DNA from: Halalkalibacterium halodurans
GTDB taxonomy: Bacteria; Bacillota; Bacilli; Bacillales; Bacillaceae_D
Length of the DNA: 5,057 bases
Direction of reading: 5' to 3'
Assembly (NCBI RefSeq): GCF_004376175.1
Contig: NZ_SNUY01000078.1
Span: forward strand, 10,458-15,514
Below, piece after piece: positions 1 through 4,942 of the stretch (position 1 is its first letter; each line of letters opens with the position of its first letter). The position numbers were made by a program, and so were the translations under genes. The notes below the pieces were generated by a model. It worked only from the letters and a program-made list of their open reading frames with translations, was not told the origin of the DNA and did not search any database.

Positions 1-124
1 CTTTAAAAACAGTATCTACTGTTTGACTAAACCATCCATTATCACCACCAAGTGCTACCCCTAGCACTCCAAAGAGCATTACAGCAAGAACAATTAAAAA
101 CAAAGATCCATTTTTTTCACCCAT
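1..124 (-). CDS. 5' part (41 codons) of a small protein with a short charged N-terminus followed by a hydrophobic segment of about 20 aa. It is a pilin-like or signal-anchor candidate and continues beyond the left edge.
   Basis: ATG at 124..122 is preceded by a strong SD, AAAAGGGGGTGA (G-run at 137..133), with a 6-nt spacer. My translation is MGEKNGSLFLIVLAVMLFGVLGVALGGDNGWFSQTVDTVFK, open to position 1. It is missing from the ORF track because it is truncated by the window edge. Confidence 0.6.
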   Translation of the reverse strand, partial: MGEKNGSLFLIVLAVMLFGVLGVALGGDNGWFSQTVDTVFK

Positions 125-145
125 CAGCTTCACCCCCTTTTCGAA

Positions 146-180
146 TAAAAAAACACGAAACCTAATAGCTTCGTGTTTTT
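146..180 (-). terminator. Rho-independent terminator downstream of the ATPase gene.
   Basis: Minus-strand RNA reads AAAAACACGAAGC-UAUUAG-GUUUCGUGUUUUUUUAUU. The stem is 9 bp (153..161 pairing with 168..176, one G-U pair), the loop is 6 nt, and the stem is followed by 6 unpaired U (A7 run at 147..153 on the plus strand, whose innermost base is in the stem). On the plus strand the same stem has an A-C mismatch and a shorter T-run, so it works better for the minus strand. Confidence 0.6.
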
Positions 181-194
181 CCCTATTCATCCAC

Positions 195-229
195 ATTAAT
201 ATATTAACATTTGATGAGGTCAGAATCAG
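195..229 (-). promoter_or_regulatory. Candidate weak sigma-A-type promoter with an extended -10, facing the pilin-like gene. Speculative.
   Basis: The minus strand reads CTGATT (229..224), a 17-nt spacer ending in TG (209..208), T, then TAATAT (206..201). An alternative register is CTGACC (223..218), 17 nt, ATTAAT (200..195). Only 3-4 of 6 positions match in each hexamer. Confidence 0.2.
196..207. repeat. Perfect 12-bp palindrome TTAATATATTAA in the ATPase/pilin-like intergenic region.
   Basis: Read directly: 196..207 is its own reverse complement and overlaps the candidate -10 elements. AT-only palindromes do arise by chance in AT-rich DNA. Confidence 0.5.
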
Positions 230-234
230 TTCCT

Positions 235-255
235 AAAAAGTACACAAAAAGTACA
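235..255. repeat. Two tandem copies of a 10-bp unit with 11-bp periodicity, immediately downstream of the ATPase stop codon.
   Basis: The plus strand has AAAAAGTACA at 235..244 and again at 246..255, separated by one C. The minus strand reads TGTACTTTTT G TGTACTTTTT. The spacing equals one helical turn, and the repeats lie just upstream of the candidate promoter. Confidence 0.5.
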
Positions 256-1344
256 TCACATAAAAATACTTGGTACTTGATGTATTTTTTCAGCAAAAAT
301 CAGGTTTTTCTTTGTTTTTTCAGAAATCCTACCCATAAACTCTTCTTCATGATATTTTTTCGTTTCCTCATCATACTTTTTAATTCTCTCATAGATTAGA
401 TTATATTCAATCCCATCTTCGGAAAAATCCAGAAATTCAACGATTTCTTTTATATAACGCCGAATGCTTCCTTCTTTTGTATAATCCATCCCCATATGGA
501 TACCAAAACCCAATTGACTAATATCTTTTCCGAGTAACAGTTCATTTTGTTGATAAACCTTCCCGATCATTCTCATGATCCGACTAGGAATACTCTTTGC
601 GTCCGAAGCGTGCAAAGTGGTAATAATACTATGGTTCGTAAGAGCCGACTCAAGCATTTCATAAGCTTCTCCCCCCCTTATCTCCGAAATGATCAACCAG
701 TCAGGATTATTTCTTAATCCCGATTTAATCAGATCGTGAAACGTAACATTGATGTTCTCTTCTTTTCTAATCCTCCAACTACGAATATCCTTATTTGGGT
801 AAAGAGATTTAATGTGACTATCCATCGTATCTTCCATAAGAGTGATATTATGATGTTCAGGGATAAAATCGACCAAAAGCTTTTGTAATTCTGTTTTACC
901 AGATCCAGTTTCTCCGCTTATAATCATATGATTTTTTGTTTCCACTAAGACTTTTAATAATTGTTCTATCTGACTGTTTGCTAAAGTAGCGAGACTAGTA
1001 ATTGCTTTTCTTGGTTTGGAAACCCGAATTGCCATTGTTATTCCAAAAGGGCTAATAGTCTTATGGACAGCATTCAGCCTTATATTATCAATTTCTGTGT
1101 CTAGTATCGGACTAGCGTCCGTAAACTCTTTATTGCGGATATTTGCTATTGATCTTACGATTGTGGCAATTGCTTCTTGAGACGGTTGATCTTTAGCTTT
1201 ATACCGCCCTTTTTTATTGTCTTGAATAAATAAAGTCGTACCGTTATAAGATATATCAGTAATATCATCATTCATTAGATACGGTTCCAAAAAACTTGAA
1301 TATAAAAGTTCTTTAATCTCCTTATTTTCAGTTTGTTTATCCAT
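256..1344 (-). CDS. VirB11/CpaF(TadA)-family secretion or pilus-assembly ATPase (T2SSE superfamily), 362 aa.
   Basis: Walker A GETGSGKT (aa 144-151, nt 892..915). Asp box NITLMEDTMD. Walker B region PDWLIISEIRGGEAYE. His box ITTLHA. SD AAGAGG (1356..1351) lies 6 nt upstream of ATG 1344. The gene starts 20 nt after the upstream stop. Confidence 0.93.
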   Translation of the reverse strand: MDKQTENKEIKELLYSSFLEPYLMNDDITDISYNGTTLFIQDNKKGRYKAKDQPSQEAIATIVRSIANIRNKEFTDASPILDTEIDNIRLNAVHKTISPFGITMAIRVSKPRKAITSLATLANSQIEQLLKVLVETKNHMIISGETGSGKTELQKLLVDFIPEHHNITLMEDTMDSHIKSLYPNKDIRSWRIRKEENINVTFHDLIKSGLRNNPDWLIISEIRGGEAYEMLESALTNHSIITTLHASDAKSIPSRIMRMIGKVYQQNELLLGKDISQLGFGIHMGMDYTKEGSIRRYIKEIVEFLDFSEDGIEYNLIYERIKKYDEETKKYHEEEFMGRISEKTKKNLIFAEKIHQVPSIFM

Positions 1345-1364
1345 ACTTAACCTCTTTTCTATCC

Positions 1365-2060
1365 CTATAGTCCGCTTAATGCGTCATTTACCGTCATAAC
1401 CAAAGATACAGCAACAAAACTTAAGGTGAATAATACACATGTAATAAGCACAGGGTTAGCGTATTTTTCCATAGCATTTACTTTATACTTAATTAATTCA
1501 TTGGTTTTATTAAAGTGTAATTGGTAAATAATCGTTTCCAACTCTTTTAAATCCTTTTTATTCACTCCATGCTCTGAAAAGTCATAAATAATGCTCATTA
1601 CATTAACAGCTTCGGGCGTACCAATATAATGAGCAAAATCTAAATATGAGTTTCGATCATTTTTCTTTTCAATGGCATTAACTAACTTTTGAAGTTCATC
1701 ATGTAATAAAGGGTGCTTTACATATTTTAGTGTTGCCTTTAATGTTTGATACACATTTCCCTGAGTTTCTAATAGCGAAATGAAATATCTTAAAAAAATT
1801 GGAAAAATGATCGACTTGATCTTATCTACTCGATTTTTCTGCATTAATAACTGTACATAAGGTAGTTTATAACCTAAATAACCTAAAAGGGGGACACCTA
1901 TTAAAGCAAGGGAAATATTTTGAAACGAGTAACTTGAGAACAAGGCAAAAAGTACAAATAGACACGCCCACACTATCCGATATCCGTTGAATTTCGCCTT
2001 ATTCACTTTAAACACTTGAAACAGATCTTCTTTCTCTTTTTCCAAAATAAATTTAATCAT
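1365..2060 (-). CDS. Integral membrane protein of about 231 aa resembling a single T2SSF (TadB/TadC/GspF-type) platform domain.
   Basis: Two N-terminal TM helices (IVWACLFVLFALFSSYSF and ISLALIGVPLLGYLGY), a cytoplasmic helical domain of about 120 aa, and a C-terminal TM (PVLITCVLFTLSFVAVSLVMTV). The cytoplasmic part (FPIFLRYFISLLETQGNVYQTLKATL...LLHDELQKLVNAIE...LDFAHYIGTPEAVNVMSIIYDFSEHGVNKKDLKELETII) follows the spacing I remember for TadB/TadC. The ORF-track start at 2093 is probably too long: ATG 2060 has GGGAGGA (2072..2066) at good spacing and overlaps the upstream stop as ATGATTAA. That this is a CDS is solid. The family call is moderate and rests on memory only. Confidence 0.7.
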   Translation of the reverse strand: MIKFILEKEKEDLFQVFKVNKAKFNGYRIVWACLFVLFALFSSYSFQNISLALIGVPLLGYLGYKLPYVQLLMQKNRVDKIKSIIFPIFLRYFISLLETQGNVYQTLKATLKYVKHPLLHDELQKLVNAIEKKNDRNSYLDFAHYIGTPEAVNVMSIIYDFSEHGVNKKDLKELETIIYQLHFNKTNELIKYKVNAMEKYANPVLITCVLFTLSFVAVSLVMTVNDALSGL

Positions 2061-2072
2061 CCTCATCCTCCC
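2053..2072 (-). promoter_or_regulatory. Translational-coupling junction: SD and start of the platform gene lie inside the last codons of the T4CP gene.
   Basis: The minus strand reads GGGAGGATGAGGATGATTAA. SD GGAGG is at 2071..2067, the start ATG at 2060..2058 and the T4CP stop TAA at 2055..2053. Confidence 0.7.
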
Positions 2073-4314
2073 AATCCTCATCCTCTGTGTCATTCACTTG
2101 ATCGAATAGTAAGCCCCCGCCCTTTTGTAATTTTTTAAAGGTGTCGACTGCTTCTTTTTCTTGTTCCGTATTAACTACATTAATTATGTTTAGCTTTTTG
2201 TACTTCTCTTCCCAATAACTCCACTCTTCTAACTCAAAAAAGGGCTTTATTGTTTGTTTAACTCGGTCAATCGCATTTGAGGGAAGATGTTTAGCTACAT
2301 GAAAAAGAAATGATTGAAATTGTAGAAATGTAAAATCATCAAAGTTATCCTCAAAGATTTTTAGTTCATCTTCTGGCAAACACTCATACATTACATCTTT
2401 AATTAGCTTTTGATCCCCCAGATCCAGTTCATTCGTTATTTTCCCAAACTTATCTTTATGATTCTTTGTACCAAAAACTAGCCTTTCAACATCAAGATCT
2501 TTATGTTCTCCTACTATCGGTAAATCCAAAATAGATCCCGATGTATCAAACTCATCCGTCAGGTATCTCCACCTTGATTTCAAAGATGTTTTCCCTGTAT
2601 TGTATATAGGCTTGGGCGTCACTTTATTTCTCTTTTTGTCTTGCCTTTTTATTACCCTTACTACCACACTTTCTTCTTCTAATAATTCCATCAATTGATT
2701 TGGGTCTAATAACCATTTGTCTTTTACTGTTTCTGTAGCAGTTTTGTTTAAAGACAAAAACGCTCCATTTCTAGTAAGATCATCAATGGTTTTTTTACCT
2801 ATCAATTTCGAAAAATGTTCGGCAGTTGACAGGTCATTAGTCAAAATGTATATTTGGTTACCGCAGTTACCACTTATGGTCTTACTTGCACTTCCATAAA
2901 CTTGATCAAGCTGGCTATAGGCTTGCACGATCAAATTAAATCGTATATTGCGCCCCAAGCAAACAGTAATGATCGTGTCCATCCCTTCAATAGGAGGCAT
3001 ATTTCCAAATTCGTCCAAAAGAAAAACAACTTCCCTTTCACATTTATTCCCCTTAGAAACGGAAGCTTTTCGAGCCAAAACGAAATACAGTTGTCTAACA
3101 AAGACAGAAGCCAATGCATGATTACTTTTATCATAATCAGGAGTAACCATGAAAATAGCTACAGGCTTTTCTCCAAATCCCACTTTTTCCATATCCAAAT
3201 TATTCATACATGTCATCTTGGCGTTCTCAGTTAAAGCAAACACCTGAAGCTTTGCCATAGTTGCAGAAAAAATAGAACCTCTCGTATTCCCTTTGGCGAA
3301 ATTACTATTTGCATATTGCATACGAGCTGGATCAGTTGATGACCGCCTTTGGAAAAACTTATCTAACTCATTTTGTCCTTCTTCATCCTCTTTTGCTCCA
3401 AGATCAGCAATAAAATTAGCCACAGAATATAAGTTTATCTGTTCTTCTTTTCCTCTCTTAATTGAATCTGCTGTAATTGCTAATGCTACAGCATTGAACA
3501 GAGACATTGCGCTTTCTTGCCAAAATTTATCTTTGGCTGATGGGTCACTATAAAGGCTAAAAGATATAGTATTACAAAGGAGTTGCGCCCTAGAAACATC
3601 CCCAGCTTTATATGCGTCTATAACTAATTGTAAAGGGTTGTATGACATGCTTAGATCAGGATTGAGTAAATTTAGTATATATACTTCATACCCACGCTTT
3701 TTAAGCGTTTCGAAGGAACTAGCCGCTAATTCACCTTTCGGATCATTGACAATTAGTGAAGCTTTTTTTTCAGCCCTTGAATAAATATCAATTGTTGGAA
3801 AAACAAACGTTTCGCCTTTCCCTGATCGAGTTGTACCAATGACCAAATTATTTACAGGGCTATCATCGATGAAAATTCTGTTTTTATATCGAGAAATCGG
3901 TACGCCCCCACCACCACTAAACTCTTTTGTTTTTTCCGGTACAGATCTATATTGTTTCTTTAATTCCCTTAATGTAGTCCACTTCCTTGACCCAAACTGG
4001 TCTTGATTGATAGATCCAAAGTTCTTTCTTAATCGATAGGCAAACTTAACATATCCAAAGGAAGCAATCAGGTAAAAAACAATATAGAAGTAATAGAAAT
4101 CACTTTGAAACTCAAAAAAACTGCCTAAAGGCAGTTTAAATTCTTCAAAAGCAAATAGATCACTCTCAATAACAAGTTTTAATACTCGTACAAGCTCTAA
4201 TATCAAAGCCAAAATGAAGTTTGCAATTAAATACACTATACCTGCATGAACAATAGCCAAAAAAGCTATTGTTTGTGATTTTGCTAAAAACTCTAGTACC
4301 TTTTTTTCTGTCAT
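2053..4314 (-). CDS. virD4: Type IV coupling protein of the VirD4/TraG family, 753 aa, with a C-terminal extension of about 160 aa that ends in an acidic tail.
   Basis: Two N-terminal TM helices (about aa 15-45 and 72-93). Walker A IGTTRSGKGE (aa 160-168, nt 3811..3837) matches the family-typical TRSGKG. Walker B VVFLLDEF (aa 429-436, nt 3007..3030). Conserved QAYSQLDQVYG motif. ATG 4314 overlaps the upstream stop as ATGA, with SD-like GGTGGTGA at 4329..4322. The symbol is given at family level only. Confidence 0.95.
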   Translation of the reverse strand: MTEKKVLEFLAKSQTIAFLAIVHAGIVYLIANFILALILELVRVLKLVIESDLFAFEEFKLPLGSFFEFQSDFYYFYIVFYLIASFGYVKFAYRLRKNFGSINQDQFGSRKWTTLRELKKQYRSVPEKTKEFSGGGGVPISRYKNRIFIDDSPVNNLVIGTTRSGKGETFVFPTIDIYSRAEKKASLIVNDPKGELAASSFETLKKRGYEVYILNLLNPDLSMSYNPLQLVIDAYKAGDVSRAQLLCNTISFSLYSDPSAKDKFWQESAMSLFNAVALAITADSIKRGKEEQINLYSVANFIADLGAKEDEEGQNELDKFFQRRSSTDPARMQYANSNFAKGNTRGSIFSATMAKLQVFALTENAKMTCMNNLDMEKVGFGEKPVAIFMVTPDYDKSNHALASVFVRQLYFVLARKASVSKGNKCEREVVFLLDEFGNMPPIEGMDTIITVCLGRNIRFNLIVQAYSQLDQVYGSASKTISGNCGNQIYILTNDLSTAEHFSKLIGKKTIDDLTRNGAFLSLNKTATETVKDKWLLDPNQLMELLEEESVVVRVIKRQDKKRNKVTPKPIYNTGKTSLKSRWRYLTDEFDTSGSILDLPIVGEHKDLDVERLVFGTKNHKDKFGKITNELDLGDQKLIKDVMYECLPEDELKIFEDNFDDFTFLQFQSFLFHVAKHLPSNAIDRVKQTIKPFFELEEWSYWEEKYKKLNIINVVNTEQEKEAVDTFKKLQKGGGLLFDQVNDTEDEDWEDEDD

Positions 4315-4724
4315 TTTAACTTCACCACCCGTCTACACTCAAGAATATCCATTACGAATGATGACAGCATTAACATTGCAATACCAACCAAAAAGTATAG
4401 AGCATACATTGAAACAAAGGCTGATAAGAAGCCGATAGCAACAATCGGACTTAGAACCACGACGATGGCTATATTTCTAATTACTTTTTTTGATTTCAAG
4501 AACAGAAACCCTTTTGCTGTCACTACTGTCCCTGTAACAACAAGGAACGATATAATTAGATAAAATCCGTACAAAATCATAAAAATGAAAACCAGTTTTT
4601 CAGTTGATGAGGTTTCCTTATAGCTGCTGTAATGGGTAAATATTTCACCTATCCATCCATAAAGCGATACTAAAAGGACAAAGGCTACAGAAAACCAGAT
4701 AAACACTTTTTTATACATTGACAT
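4311..4724 (-). CDS. Small polytopic membrane protein (137 aa, about 4 TM helices) of unknown function, translationally coupled to the T4CP gene.
   Basis: SD AAGGAGA (4739..4733) lies 8 nt upstream of ATG 4724. There are four hydrophobic stretches (about aa 7-25, 44-68, 84-105 and 106-130). Its stop TGA (4313..4311) overlaps the T4CP ATG. I recognise no motif. Confidence 0.8.
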   Translation of the reverse strand: MSMYKKVFIWFSVAFVLLVSLYGWIGEIFTHYSSYKETSSTEKLVFIFMILYGFYLIISFLVVTGTVVTAKGFLFLKSKKVIRNIAIVVVLSPIVAIGFLSAFVSMYALYFLVGIAMLMLSSFVMDILECRRVVKLK

Positions 4725-4738
4725 AAGCGTTATCTCCT

Positions 4739-4942
4739 TTAATTTCTCTTATTTATAGTTACAGATTTAGTTGTACTCATGTTTTCTGTGGTACCAAAAA
4801 CTGATGTAAACTCATATTCATATTTAATATTGATTTTAGTACCTACAGGTACAACAGAAGATATTGTCTCCCCTGTATTCGCATTTTCAAATTTAACATA
4901 GAGATTTGAGTTCTCTAATTCCTTCACCTTTGTATTTTGCAA
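4739..4942 (-). CDS. Small beta-rich protein of unknown function. The start is uncertain and the gene may be frameshifted, with a true N-terminal signal or anchor segment.
   Basis: The ORF-track start at 4942 is a TTG with no SD. The same frame stays open upstream to a TAG at 5026..5024 and encodes a hydrophobic stretch (WQTSAFFIAFLCTFL) with no ATG, GTG or TTG. An SD-equipped ATG (4992..4990, SD AAAGGA at 5003..4998) sits in the neighbouring frame and stops at 4924. The downstream part (NLYVKFENANTGETISSVVPVGTKINIKYEYEF...) looks like alternating beta strands. Its stop TAA (4741..4739) is embedded in the next gene's SD. Confidence 0.5.
   Translation of the reverse strand: MQNTKVKELENSNLYVKFENANTGETISSVVPVGTKINIKYEYEFTSVFGTTENMSTTKSVTINKRN

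Noticed and set aside
211-399. Plus-strand 62-aa ORF from the six-frame track.
   Set aside because: It lies antisense to the C-terminal codons of the well-supported ATPase gene. It has a TTG start, no SD and a low-complexity F/K-rich translation typical of the reverse frame of AT-rich coding DNA.
2061-2093. N-terminal 11-codon extension (MTQRMRIGRMR) of the platform-like ORF as drawn in the ORF track.
   Set aside because: ATG 2093 and ATG 2081 have no usable SD spacing, and ATG 2066 directly abuts the GGGAGG. ATG 2060 has GGAGG 6 nt upstream and the classic ATGATTAA stop-start overlap. I kept the extension only as an alternative in the junction finding.
2931-3134. Minus-strand 67-aa ORF in an alternative frame inside the T4CP gene.
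   Set aside because: It is fully nested out of frame in the Walker B region of the T4CP. It has no SD and its composition is implausible.
2717-3553. Plus-strand ORFs 2717..2899, 2854..3234 and 3293..3553.
   Set aside because: All are antisense to the conserved NTPase core of the T4CP gene. They have no SDs and no recognisable motifs. They are shadow ORFs.
4118-4137. Perfect 8-bp inverted repeat AAACTGCC-TAAA-GGCAGTTT followed by a U-run on the mRNA strand. It looks like a terminator inside the T4CP gene (codons about 59-67).
   Set aside because: Only 5 G/C-containing pairs exist, and the A-U pairs compete with the U-tract. It lies within a translated region where ribosomes would normally prevent hairpin formation. 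The sequence simply encodes KLPLGSFFE. It is most likely coincidental.
4311-4724. Possibility that the 4-TM protein is the missing TadV/FppA-type prepilin peptidase, which has a similar size and is polytopic.
   Set aside because: A24-family peptidases need two catalytic Asp residues, one of them in a GxGD-like motif. This protein contains a single Asp (in FVMDILE) and no such motif.
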